Assembly: GCA_963736115.1 (NCBI GenBank)
Contig: CAVTNR010000012.1
Span: forward strand, 352,001 to 416,000
DNA length: 64,000 nt
Reading direction: 5' to 3'
DNA from: an uncultured bacterium
GTDB taxonomy: Bacteria; Zhuqueibacterota; QNDG01; DTFT01
A program made the translations under genes and the position numbers. The stretch's first letter is position 1, and each line of letters opens with the position of its first letter. The notes under the pieces are model-generated. The model saw only the letters and a program-made list of their open reading frames with translations. It was not told where the DNA came from and ran no database searches. This document shows positions 47,290-56,621 of this stretch, piece by piece.

Positions 47290-48990
47290 TCAGTGCCGGA
47301 AATGCCGCAGCCCCGTGAACGCCATGGCGATTCCCAGTTCGTCGCAGGCGCGAATGCTGTCCTCGTCGCGCTTGGAACCGCCCGGCTGAACGATGAAGCG
47401 CAGGCCGAACTCGGCCGCGGTACGGACCGTGTCATCGTACGGGAAGAATGCGTCCGAGGCAAGCACCATTTCGGAGAAGGCTTTTTTCCGATACGCATCA
47501 AAATCCATGCCCGGGTTGGACGCCGCATATTCCATCTCCAGGTTTTCCAATGCCTTGGTTACGGCCAGCTTGCGGAGGGAATCAACCCGGTTCGGCTGAC
47601 CCGCACCCATTCCGATGACCTGAAAGAATCCGGGGCTGTACTCCCGGCCCAGGACGATGGCATTGGATTTGGTGTGCTTGCAGGCTTTCAGCGTAAATTC
47701 CGCGAGCGCTTTGCGCCTCTCATCGAACCGCGCCTTTGTCACGCCTTCGAACCGGTCCCAGACCGCGAGATCGCGATCCATTTCCAGCATGCCGCCCGTG
47801 ATCTTCCGAAAGGTCCTGGGCTCAGCCCCGGCCGCGTCCAGCGGTCCGGCTCTGAGAAGCCGGAGGGTCTTGCTCCTGCCGAGCAGTTCCATCGCCTCCG
47901 CAGAAAAATCGGGCGCAACGATCACTTCGACGAACTTGTTCGGTATTTCCTGCGCCACGAGCCTGCCCGCGGAGACCACGAAACCGATATGGCGCACGTT
48001 TTCGCCTTTCAGGAACTCGGCGAAGGCGAGATCCACGGGCGCGTTGCAGGCGATGACAGAGCCAAACGCCGATATCGGATCTCCCGCCCACGCCCGCTCA
48101 AGCGCTTCGCGGCCGGTCGCGCCCGTTGCGTAACCGCACGGATTGGTGTGCTTGATGACCGCCACCCCGATCCCGCCGCCGGATGGGCCCTCGATCGACA
48201 GATCCTTCACGGCCTCAAGCGCGGCATCGCAGTCCACGTAATTATTGAACGACATTTCCCTACCGCCGAGTATCTCCGCTCCGGCTACGGAAGCCTCGCT
48301 GCACGAGGCGTCCCGGTAGAACACGGCCGTCTGATGGCTGTTTTCACCGTACCGGAGCGGTCGGCCGTTCGTGTATTTGAGGCGCAGGACCGGCTCCTTG
48401 AGAAATACCCCGGACAGAGTCCGGTCGATGGCCGAATCATAGTCCGCCGTGCGGCGGAAGGCCTTGACGGCGAGGCGCCGGCGGGTTTCCGCGGACACCG
48501 CCCCGCCGCTCCGGATCTCGTCCAGCACGGGGGCATAATCCGAGGGGTCGGTGACAATGGCCACGAACCGGTGGTTCTTCGCCGCGCTGCGCACCATGGA
48601 GGGGCCGCCGATGTCGATGTTCTCGATTATCTCGTCGATGGAAACGCCGGGCCTGGCAGCCGTGGCTTCGAACGGATAGAGATTCACCGCCACCAGGTCG
48701 ATCCACTCGATTCCCTGGGCGGCGGCCTGGCCTGCATGCTCCGCGTTGTCGCGCAGCCCGAGCAGGGCCCCGTGGATTTTCGGGTGCAGGGTCTTGACCC
48801 GGCCGTCCATCATTTCCGGAAACCCGGTGACCTGGTCGACCGCGGTCACGGGCACGCCGTTTTCCGACAGCAGTTTGTGCGTGCCTCCCGTGGACAGGAT
48901 GGTGAATCCGAGATCGACAAGCGCCCGGGCGAAGTCCACGACACCCGTCTTGTCCGATACACTGATCAGTGCGCGACGAACCGTTGACAA
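47290..48990 (-). CDS. purH: Bifunctional AICAR transformylase/IMP cyclohydrolase
   Basis: TTG 48990 with GGAGG; [55 protein letters not shown]. Confidence 0.96.
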   Translation of the reverse strand: MSTVRRALISVSDKTGVVDFARALVDLGFTILSTGGTHKLLSENGVPVTAVDQVTGFPEMMDGRVKTLHPKIHGALLGLRDNAEHAGQAAAQGIEWIDLVAVNLYPFEATAARPGVSIDEIIENIDIGGPSMVRSAAKNHRFVAIVTDPSDYAPVLDEIRSGGAVSAETRRRLAVKAFRRTADYDSAIDRTLSGVFLKEPVLRLKYTNGRPLRYGENSHQTAVFYRDASCSEASVAGAEILGGREMSFNNYVDCDAALEAVKDLSIEGPSGGGIGVAVIKHTNPCGYATGATGREALERAWAGDPISAFGSVIACNAPVDLAFAEFLKGENVRHIGFVVSAGRLVAQEIPNKFVEVIVAPDFSAEAMELLGRSKTLRLLRAGPLDAAGAEPRTFRKITGGMLEMDRDLAVWDRFEGVTKARFDERRKALAEFTLKACKHTKSNAIVLGREYSPGFFQVIGMGAGQPNRVDSLRKLAVTKALENLEMEYAASNPGMDFDAYRKKAFSEMVLASDAFFPYDDTVRTAAEFGLRFIVQPGGSKRDEDSIRACDELGIAMAFTGLRHFRH

Positions 48991-49018
48991 GCCTTCCTCC
49001 TTTGCGCAAAACCGTTTA

Positions 49019-49177
49019 ATGAATGACCCTGCCGCAAGCGGCGGGGTATCGCAAGAAACTTGGATGATGGACGCCGCAAGCGGTGGGGAATCAGACCCGT
49101 CGGAGCGGCCAGAAGCCCAATCTCCGATCATCCAGAAAAACTGGAACCAGAATGACCAGGCTTCTGGCCGCCCGATT
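49019..49177. repeat. 159-bp structured repeat, copy 1 (purN-purH intergenic)
   Basis: Ungapped match to 62547..62705 with 15 mismatches by manual count; two GCCGCAAGCGG hairpins plus a long GCGGCCAGAAGCC/GGCTTCTGGCCGC stem. Confidence 0.95.
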
Positions 49178-49189
49178 GATTTCCGCGCA

Positions 49190-49813
49190 TCATATCATAA
49201 ACGCATTTCCGCCGTGGATCCGGACTCTGTCTTCCGCGAACGCCTGGAGCACCTCGGGATACAGCGCATGCTCCGCTTCCAGCACGCGGCCGGCCAGGAC
49301 TTCCGCGGTATCGCCGGCCAGGACAGGCACGCACCGCTGGGCCAGGATGGGCCCGCGGTCGTACTGTTCGTCCACGAGGTGCACGGTCACGCCCGTGACC
49401 TTGCATCCCTGGCGAATCACGGCCTCGTGCACATGACGGCCGTACATGCCCTTCCCCCCGAATGCGGGGAGCAGGGCGGGATGAATGTTCACGATCCGGC
49501 CCGGATAGAGGGCCACCACCTCCGGAGGGACGCGCTTCATGTAACCGGCGAGCGCGATGAACCCGGCGCCCGATTCGCGGAGCACGTCCGTGAGGCGCGA
49601 AACGAAAGCCTCACGGGAGTCGAAACCGGCGCTGGAGACGGTTTCCGCGCGGATGCCACGGGCCCGGGCGGTCTCGAGCGCGCCGGCCGCGGGGTCGTTC
49701 GAAATCAGAACGGCCACGGACGCGTTCAGGCGGCCGCCATCGATCGCCGCGAGAATGGCGGCGAAATTAGAGCCCCGGCCTGAAGCGAAAACGCCGAGTT
49801 GAAGGGATTTCAT
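49190..49813 (-). CDS. purN: Phosphoribosylglycinamide formyltransferase
   Basis: ASGRGSN, LAGYM, NIHPALLP, GVTVHLV...D.GPI. Confidence 0.96.
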   Translation of the reverse strand: MKSLQLGVFASGRGSNFAAILAAIDGGRLNASVAVLISNDPAAGALETARARGIRAETVSSAGFDSREAFVSRLTDVLRESGAGFIALAGYMKRVPPEVVALYPGRIVNIHPALLPAFGGKGMYGRHVHEAVIRQGCKVTGVTVHLVDEQYDRGPILAQRCVPVLAGDTAEVLAGRVLEAEHALYPEVLQAFAEDRVRIHGGNAFMI

Positions 49814-49823
49814 CCGGCCCCGC

Positions 49824-51116
49824 TCACCGGATCCGGTTCAGGAGGTCGTGAATTGTGCCCTCGAGGCGGTAATCGCCCATGCCCGTTTGATCGATGAACA
49901 GCACCGACCGGTTGAAGGTATAGTACGTCCAGATTTCGTAGGGCTTGGATCCCGATTCAAACGGGTGCCTCTCGATTTCCCCCGGGGGGCCCAGGAGAAT
50001 GTACACCATGCCGCGGTCGGTTTTCCATCCGTCGATGAAGGTCCCGAAATTCTGGTTGGCGAATTCAACCCGGCGGTAGTATTCCTCCTCCAGCTCGTTC
50101 GCTTCCGTGTCCGGTGTCGGGTCCCTCTGCCTCCAGAATTCGCGGAATGCCTCAAGCCTGTCCTCGCCCTGCTTCTTCTTCATCTTCTTGATCTCGGAGC
50201 CCCTGGCGATGTACCGCACCTGTTCGATCATCTGGTCCAGGTCCGCGGCCTGCCCCGGCATGTCCCCCCAGTGCACGGTCATCGGCCGGGACCGCTTCAC
50301 GATCCGTTCTCCGCTTCCCACTTCGATGTCCAGCTTGTACCGCCCGCCCCTCAGGTCGCCCTTGGCGACGGAAAGCACGCACACGGTCCGGGTTCCGGAA
50401 AGGGGCCGGGTCAGCGTGTCGGAACGCACCACCGCGCCCTTGATGTCGGTCAGCCGCATGCGGATCGGGACGGACGTGATGGACGGCGGGTTGTGGATCT
50501 CGAACCAGACGAACAGGGAGTCCATGGTTTCGGAGAGATTGCCGAGCACGCTGGCCACGGGCGAGGGATTCCCGGCCGAGTCCGCGACAATGCGTTCGGC
50601 CAGAATGATGTCGGTTACCGTGAGGTCCCCGGGCCTGCCTTTAGCGGTCTGGACGGGAATCTTTTTCACCGAGGCTTTTCTGGAATCCAGGTCCAGAACC
50701 GAGAGCATGAGCTCGTACCGTCCGGGCGCGAAGTCGAAGGCGCTCTGGGCCGGAGCGAAGGCGGTACGGGAGTTGGTGGAATCATAGCCCAGCACCCGGA
50801 CCTCATAGGAGCGGATCTTCGCTTCCACCTGCTCGCCCTGGGTATTGAACAGAATCGCGGACAGTTCGAAGCGGGCGAGGTATCCGCCGCTGTCGCGGAT
50901 GAACTGCAGTTCGTCATAGGCAATCTTGACAAAGCAGGTGATCCGGCTCTTTCCGCTGTCCGGCGAGGCCGTGATGGCGGTGTCGAAATGAAAATCCGGA
51001 ACGTCCTCGTCGCGGGAGAATCGGATTTCGGCCGGCTGGGCCAGGGCCCCGCAGACCGCCGAGAACAGGAATCCCGCCAGGAGAAGCGGACGGCCGTGAC
51101 GGATTTGGGAACGCAT
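49824..51116 (-). CDS. GWxTD domain-containing exported protein
   Basis: Signal peptide; FWRQRDPTP...NE...EYYRRV..AN..F....GWKTDRG.VYI..GPP. Confidence 0.9.
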   Translation of the reverse strand: MRSQIRHGRPLLLAGFLFSAVCGALAQPAEIRFSRDEDVPDFHFDTAITASPDSGKSRITCFVKIAYDELQFIRDSGGYLARFELSAILFNTQGEQVEAKIRSYEVRVLGYDSTNSRTAFAPAQSAFDFAPGRYELMLSVLDLDSRKASVKKIPVQTAKGRPGDLTVTDIILAERIVADSAGNPSPVASVLGNLSETMDSLFVWFEIHNPPSITSVPIRMRLTDIKGAVVRSDTLTRPLSGTRTVCVLSVAKGDLRGGRYKLDIEVGSGERIVKRSRPMTVHWGDMPGQAADLDQMIEQVRYIARGSEIKKMKKKQGEDRLEAFREFWRQRDPTPDTEANELEEEYYRRVEFANQNFGTFIDGWKTDRGMVYILLGPPGEIERHPFESGSKPYEIWTYYTFNRSVLFIDQTGMGDYRLEGTIHDLLNRIR

Positions 51117-51225
51117 GGTTCACCTCGCGGATAGGAACTGCATCGCCGCGGACCTTCCCGGTCCATGGGTCAGGCCGGACGGCCCGCCCGTGACGCGGCT
51201 TTCATGTACGACCGGCCGGTTCCGG

Positions 51226-52599
51226 TCAGGAACGCTCCCGGGCCGTCTTCCGAGAGGCCTGGGAAACAACCGTTCCCGTCAGATCATATGCGGAGGACCC
51301 TTCGATCCGGACCGGCACGATGCGGCCCGGGCCGGCTTTCCCGCGGACCCAGACCACGGCGTCGATTTCCGGAGCGTCCCCCGGGGTCCGGCCGACGCAG
51401 AGCCTGCGCCGCCTGTCGGTGCCGTCCACCAAGACCGGGATCACCTTCCCTTCCAGGGAACGGTGGTATTCCGCGGACAGAGTTTTCTGGATGCGCATCA
51501 GAACGCCCGCCCGGCGCTTCGCAGTCGCGGCCGGTACGGCACGCCGCAACGCCGCGGCCCGGGTTCCCTCCTCGGGGGAAAAGGCGAAAACACCCATGCG
51601 CTCGAACCGGATCTCCCGGACGAACCGGGCCAGCTCTTCGAACCGGCTGTCGGTCTCGCCCGGGAATCCCGTGATGAAAGCCGTGCGGAGCGTCAGGCCT
51701 GGCACAAGCGCCCGGAGCGTCTCGATCAGCCGGATCACGGCGGCCTTCGTCATGCCGCGGCCCATGGCCTTCAGCACGGGATCCGAAATATGCTGAAGCG
51801 GCAGGTCCAGGGTTTTGCAGATTTTCGGTTCGGCCGCCATGGCGTCAATCAGGGCGTCATCCACATGCGCCGGGTGACCGTACAGGATCCGAATCCATTC
51901 AATTCCCTGGATGCGGACCAGTCTTTTCAGGAGCCGGGCCAGCGAAGCCTTCCCACCCAGGTCGCGACCGTAGGCGGTGGTGTCCTGGGCGATGAGGATC
52001 AGCTCCTTCACGCCCCGGTCCGCCAGAGATTCGGCTTCGCGCACAAGGCCGGCCTGCGGCCGGCTCCGGTATTTCCCCTTGAACAGGGGAATGGCGCAGA
52101 ACGAGCAGGCATGATCACAGCCGTCCGCAATCTTGAGATAGGCGGTGTGCGGCGGCGTGGACAGGACACGTCCGCATCGTCCGGCTTCGGACCAGCGGTA
52201 CCGCCCACCGATAATGTAACGCCCGATCGCCTGAAAAGGTTCTACCCCGAAATAGGCGTCCGCCTCCGGAATTTCCAGAGGCAGGGCGTCCCGGTACCGC
52301 TCCGAGAGGCATCCCCACACCACCACGCGCGGCCGGACGGCTCGGGACCGGCCGGCCTTATCCCTGAGCCTGACAGCTTCGAGTATCGCCTCGATGGACT
52401 CCTGCTTCGCGTCCCGGATGAAACCGCACGTATTGATGCAGATGTCGTCCGCCTCTTCAGGATCAGCCGTGAGAACGGCCCCGTGCCGCCTCAATTCGCC
52501 TGCCAGAACCTCGGAATCCACCTGGTTCTTGGGACAGCCGAGGGTGATGATGGCGACTTTTTTTTGTTTTTTTTGCACGATACCCGTTAAAAAAATCAT
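51226..52599 (-). CDS. rimO: Ribosomal protein S12 methylthiotransferase (start may be GTG 52578)
   Basis: LGCPKNQVDSE, INTCGFI..AKQES, CDHACSFC, DAPEID TRAM end. Confidence 0.95.
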   Translation of the reverse strand: MIFLTGIVQKKQKKVAIITLGCPKNQVDSEVLAGELRRHGAVLTADPEEADDICINTCGFIRDAKQESIEAILEAVRLRDKAGRSRAVRPRVVVWGCLSERYRDALPLEIPEADAYFGVEPFQAIGRYIIGGRYRWSEAGRCGRVLSTPPHTAYLKIADGCDHACSFCAIPLFKGKYRSRPQAGLVREAESLADRGVKELILIAQDTTAYGRDLGGKASLARLLKRLVRIQGIEWIRILYGHPAHVDDALIDAMAAEPKICKTLDLPLQHISDPVLKAMGRGMTKAAVIRLIETLRALVPGLTLRTAFITGFPGETDSRFEELARFVREIRFERMGVFAFSPEEGTRAAALRRAVPAATAKRRAGVLMRIQKTLSAEYHRSLEGKVIPVLVDGTDRRRRLCVGRTPGDAPEIDAVVWVRGKAGPGRIVPVRIEGSSAYDLTGTVVSQASRKTARERS

Positions 52600-52685
52600 A
52601 CCCGACTACGGACCGAAAGCCGAGGACCAACGGTCCGAGGTCTGGTGATCCGAGGTCCGTGTCATCGGATCAACAATTGCGGATT

Positions 52686-52767
52686 TGGAGTGCGGCGACA
52701 GGTTGCCGCTTTCCCGGCGCCGACATGTAGGCGCCGGGGAAAAGCGGTCTCCTTCGACCGCACTCCA
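52686..52767. repeat. REP/BIME-like palindromic element
   Basis: Terminal IR TGGAGTGCGG/CCGCACTCCA enclosing CCGCTTT/AAAGCGG and CCCGGCGCC/GGCGCCGGG stems. Confidence 0.8.
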
Positions 52768-52825
52768 CAGGATCCCATACGGCGAACATGCAATCGCTGA
52801 TCAGAGATCCCTTTCGGAAAGTTCT

Positions 52826-53743
52826 TCAATCCCCCAGAATCCCCTCGGCGAACGTCTCCGCGTCAAACGGCTGAAGGTCGTCGATTGCCTCGCCCAGACC
52901 CGCCCATCGGATCGGAATGCCGAGGGTCCGCCGGATCGCCAGCACGACCCCGCCCCTGGCCGTGCCGTCCAGCTTGGTGAGCACAATGCCGGTGACGCCC
53001 GCGGCTTCGGTGAACTGCCGCGCCTGGGCCAGCCCGTTCTGCCCGGTGGTGGCGTCCATCACCAGCAGGGTCTCGTGCGGAGCGGAAGGCATGCGCTTGG
53101 AGAGCACGCGCCGGATTTTCTTCAGCTCCTCCATGAGATTGACTTTGGTCTGCAGGCGCCCGGCCGTGTCGATCAGAAGCGCGTCCGCGGACTGACGCAC
53201 CGCGTGGTCCAAGGCATCGAATGCGACGGAGGCGGGGTCCGCGCCCTGCTTCTGCGAAATCACCGGAACCCCGGCCCGGCCGGCCCATACCGCGAGCTGT
53301 TCGTTCGCCGCGGGCCTGAACGTGTCCGCGGCCGCGATCACTGTTTTTTTTCCGTCGTTGCTGAAGCGGTGCGCCAATTTCCCGATCGTGGTGGTTTTAC
53401 CCGTGCCGTTCACGCCGACGACGAGCACCACCCAGGGTTTTTCCCGAAACGCGGTCGGATCCGGACCGCATCCCGCCAGAAGGACGCGGATCCGCTCCTT
53501 CAGGACGAGGCGCACGGCCTCGGCTTCTGCCCCTCCCTCCGGAATCCGCACGGTCCGGACGGCCTCGACCAGGTCGGCCGCTGTTTCTGGGCCCGCGTCC
53601 GCTTCGAGGAGCGCGGTCTCCAGGCCCTCCAGAATCGCCCCGCGATTCGGTCCGGCGGCCGTGAACAGACGGCTGATTCCGTCCCGGAGGGACTTGCCGG
53701 CCCTGGACAGACCCGCGGCCCAGCGAATCGAAACCGGGCTCAA
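52826..53743 (-). CDS. ftsY: SRP receptor FtsY (short NG-only form)
   Basis: GVNGTGKTTT, DTFRPAA, DTAGRL, TKLDGTARGG; TTG 53743 in TTGA overlap. Confidence 0.95.
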   Translation of the reverse strand: MSPVSIRWAAGLSRAGKSLRDGISRLFTAAGPNRGAILEGLETALLEADAGPETAADLVEAVRTVRIPEGGAEAEAVRLVLKERIRVLLAGCGPDPTAFREKPWVVLVVGVNGTGKTTTIGKLAHRFSNDGKKTVIAAADTFRPAANEQLAVWAGRAGVPVISQKQGADPASVAFDALDHAVRQSADALLIDTAGRLQTKVNLMEELKKIRRVLSKRMPSAPHETLLVMDATTGQNGLAQARQFTEAAGVTGIVLTKLDGTARGGVVLAIRRTLGIPIRWAGLGEAIDDLQPFDAETFAEGILGD

Positions 53744-54312
53744 GCCGCGTCCGCCTGCCGGCCCCTCGACGCTGAACGGCTCCGCACCGCGGCGCGGAAG
53801 GATTGCCAGTAGACCCAGGTTGAATACAGGGTGAGTCCGATCGCGAGCGCCATCGCCAGGTTCGCCCACGGCTGCCGGCCGAGAATGAACAGCACCACGC
53901 TCACGCCGGTGAAAAACGCCGAATTTTTCCCCGGCCGGTTCGCCTCGAGCACCACGCCTTTTCTGCGCACCGCCCACAGCCCGAATGCCAGCATGGACAG
54001 CTCCCGGACGACAAGAAACGCGAGGTACCAAAGGGGGAAACGGTAAAGCGGGGACAACACCATCAGCAGTGCGGCGGACAGCACGTTCACCTTGTCGATG
54101 AGCGGGTCCATCATCCGTCCGAGATCCGACGTCTGGTTGAAGCGGCGGGCGACCCATCCGTCGATAAAATCCGTGGCAATGCCGAGCATGATGAAGACGA
54201 GCGCGGCAACGCGCCGTCCCTCCGCCATGAAGAGAAGAATGGGAATCAGCAACAGGAGCCGCAGGAGGCTCAGGGCGTTCGGAATCGTCCAGATCCGCCT
54301 GTTATTTACCAT
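53740..54312 (-). CDS. CDP-alcohol phosphatidyltransferase (PgsA-like)
   Basis: TIPNALSLLR; DFIDGWVAR.....SDLG..MDP..DK signature. Confidence 0.92.
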   Translation of the reverse strand: MVNNRRIWTIPNALSLLRLLLLIPILLFMAEGRRVAALVFIMLGIATDFIDGWVARRFNQTSDLGRMMDPLIDKVNVLSAALLMVLSPLYRFPLWYLAFLVVRELSMLAFGLWAVRRKGVVLEANRPGKNSAFFTGVSVVLFILGRQPWANLAMALAIGLTLYSTWVYWQSFRAAVRSRSASRGRQADAA

Positions 54313-54320
54313 CGGTTTCC

Positions 54321-55490
54321 TCAGAAATAGGACCGGAACAGCTCGAAGGCCAGCCTGGGATGCTTGAACAGCCCGGCCTTGAAAATCGCCTGGGCCGTGC
54401 GTTTTTCCTCCGGAATCGCGGACAGGGTCCGCGCCACTCCGTTGAGCTCCTCGTCGGACAGCCCGTATACGACCTTCTTGATCCGGAAATCCCGTTCGGT
54501 GTTCTCCCCCTCGGCCTTCATCCACGCTTTAACGTAGGCCCCCAGCGCCTTTTTCGAAACGTCTCCGCGCTGGACGCATTCGGCCGCAGTTTCGCCCGCG
54601 AGCCGGCCCGCGATCAGGGCGTTGAGGATGCCGCCGCCCGTGAGGGGGCTGGCCTGATGCGCGGCGTCTCCGACGAGCATCATGCCGTCGGTAATGATGT
54701 CGCCCCGCGGCGGACAGAGTGGGACCCCGCCCGCGACCCAGGTCAGCACCGAAGCGCCCGGGCACCGCCGTTCGAGAAAATCCTTCAGAAAATCAACGGG
54801 CTTCCTGACCCGGCATGCCGCCTCCGGAACGCCGAGACCCACATTCGCGGTCCGTCCGCCCTTGGGGAACACCCAGGCGTATCCGCCGGGCGCGAGGGCC
54901 GATCCGAAATGGAACTCCGCGAGCTCCGGGTCAGGATCAAGGCCCGCGACCGTCGCCTGGCTGCAGCTCGCGATGAATTCCGGCGGCGTGCGGGTGTCGA
55001 GGCCCGCCCACCGGCCGACGGCCGATTCCACGCCGTCCGCTCCGATGACGATTTTTGCCGCCACGTCAAAGGTGCGGCCGAGATGCTCGACCCGGACGCC
55101 GGACACGGCCCCGTTCTGCCGGAGCAGGCCCGTGACGCAGGCCTTGGTGAGGAACACGGCCCCCGCCTCCGCCGCCATCGCGGCCAGGTCGGCGTCGAAC
55201 ACCTTGCGGTGCAGCACGGTTCCGGTGTCCCCGGGACAGGCGGTCACGACCGTGCCGTCCGGCGCGACCAATTTCGCGCCCCTTACCTCGCGTGCGATCC
55301 ACGACGGCCGCACCTGGATCAGGGCGTGCAGGCCTCGGGACGACACGCCCTCGGCGCACCGGACCGGGAGTCCGATTTCCCTGTCCTTCTCGAACACCAT
55401 CACCGAGGCCCCGGCCTGAGCCGCGGACCGGGCGGCCCAGGACCCCGCGGGTCCGCCTCCCACGACAACGACATCCGCGCGGTCTTTCAT
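54321..55490 (-). CDS. Geranylgeranyl reductase family flavoprotein (archaeal DGGGPL reductase-like)
   Basis: VVGGGPAG, PVRCAEG, RKVFD..L, GADG.ES, PGGYAWVFP, VGDAA....PLTGGGI. Confidence 0.88.
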   Translation of the reverse strand: MKDRADVVVVGGGPAGSWAARSAAQAGASVMVFEKDREIGLPVRCAEGVSSRGLHALIQVRPSWIAREVRGAKLVAPDGTVVTACPGDTGTVLHRKVFDADLAAMAAEAGAVFLTKACVTGLLRQNGAVSGVRVEHLGRTFDVAAKIVIGADGVESAVGRWAGLDTRTPPEFIASCSQATVAGLDPDPELAEFHFGSALAPGGYAWVFPKGGRTANVGLGVPEAACRVRKPVDFLKDFLERRCPGASVLTWVAGGVPLCPPRGDIITDGMMLVGDAAHQASPLTGGGILNALIAGRLAGETAAECVQRGDVSKKALGAYVKAWMKAEGENTERDFRIKKVVYGLSDEELNGVARTLSAIPEEKRTAQAIFKAGLFKHPRLAFELFRSYF

Positions 55491-55681
55491 TCCACCTTCT
55501 CCCGGACGGGCACACCCAGCGGGCACATCACGGCGCAGTCGCCGCACCCGACACAAAGGTCGTCAAGAACGCGTACGGAGGATTCCTTCAGCTCGATCGC
55601 CCCGGCCGGGCACACGGCGACGCACACGCCGCAGAAATCGCAGGCGGCGGCCGAAATCCGATAACGGACGTTCTGTTTCAA
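55487..55681 (-). CDS. Small 4Fe-4S dicluster ferredoxin
   Basis: CDFCGVCVAVCP and CVGCGDCAVMCP; ATGA overlap with the reductase. Confidence 0.9.
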   Translation of the reverse strand: MKQNVRYRISAAACDFCGVCVAVCPAGAIELKESSVRVLDDLCVGCGDCAVMCPLGVPVREKVE

Positions 55682-55688
55682 TCGGTCC

Positions 55689-56621
55689 TCACGATGCCTT
55701 GAAGTTGGGATAATCAAAACCGAACCGCTCCTTGTAATACCACCGGGACAGGAAGAACACCGCCGCGATCGGGATCAGCGTCACCGGAAAACGGACGCAG
55801 ACCGAGGCCGCCAGGGCGAGCACCGAGAACTTGGTGGCCCGCAGGGAATCCGGCAGTTTCCCGCGCGCCGCCGCAACCGCGAACAGCGGCAGAACCGCCG
55901 CGCTTGGAATGAACAGCATCATTTCGTCCGTGACCAGGGCGGTGACCGTGCAGGCCGCTTCGAAGACCAGGGCCCAGACGGCCGTGTTCCGGATGCCGTA
56001 CCGGACTCCGAACGTGATCTTGCCGGTTCTGGAATCGCCCTTGATGTCCGGCAGAGTGGTGTTGCAGTATACGGCCGCGGTGCCGAAGCCGTAAGCGAGC
56101 GCCTGGAGTGGAAACGCCTGATCCCCGCCGCCCGACACCCAGCCCATGTCATAGACCAGCATCATGCCGCAGGCGTTCACCGCCAATCCCGGAACGGGGA
56201 GGTTCTTCCAGTTCGTCGGCGGATAATTGTACAGCACGCCCGTGATGAGAAAAAGGGTGAGAAATCCGAAACCCAGGAGCAGATCGATCCAGAAGGCGGC
56301 GCCGAGAACGGCCGCGGCCAGAATCCCCGCCTGGATATAGGCCGACTTCTCGTCCACCATGCCGTTGGCGATCAGAAAGAGCTTCCCGTTCAGCCGGTCG
56401 GTCTCCCGGTCCCGGATCTGATTGAGGATGTAGACGCTACCGCCCAGCAGGGTCAGCAGGACGAGGACCCATACGGGCGGCACGGGATGGATGAAATCCC
56501 CGCTGCCGCGGCCGAAACGTCCGCCGCCCGCAAGCCCGGCGATGAAATAGATCCAGATGGGAAAGAAGAGAGTCGGCCGGAGCAGGAAGACGCGGTCCAG
56601 CAGGGCCATGCCCTTTTTCAT
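55689..56621 (-). CDS. UbiA family membrane prenyltransferase
   Basis: LRP near N-terminus; NQIRDRETDRLN, LYN.PP..WK, PDIKGD...GKITF.V.YG; multi-pass membrane protein. Confidence 0.88.
   Translation of the reverse strand: MKKGMALLDRVFLLRPTLFFPIWIYFIAGLAGGGRFGRGSGDFIHPVPPVWVLVLLTLLGGSVYILNQIRDRETDRLNGKLFLIANGMVDEKSAYIQAGILAAAVLGAAFWIDLLLGFGFLTLFLITGVLYNYPPTNWKNLPVPGLAVNACGMMLVYDMGWVSGGGDQAFPLQALAYGFGTAAVYCNTTLPDIKGDSRTGKITFGVRYGIRNTAVWALVFEAACTVTALVTDEMMLFIPSAAVLPLFAVAAARGKLPDSLRATKFSVLALAASVCVRFPVTLIPIAAVFFLSRWYYKERFGFDYPNFKAS

Noticed and set aside
47290-49131. N-terminal extensions of purH and folK in the ORF track
   Set aside because: They are read-through of the 159-bp repeat; family-typical starts are at 48990 (with GGAGG) and 62523.
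48991-49189. Canonical ZTP (pfl) riboswitch upstream of purH
   Set aside because: The expected GACUGGCG...GUGG/CCAC and CGCCUGGGCA segments are not visible on the coding strand; the region is reported instead as an unassigned repeat.
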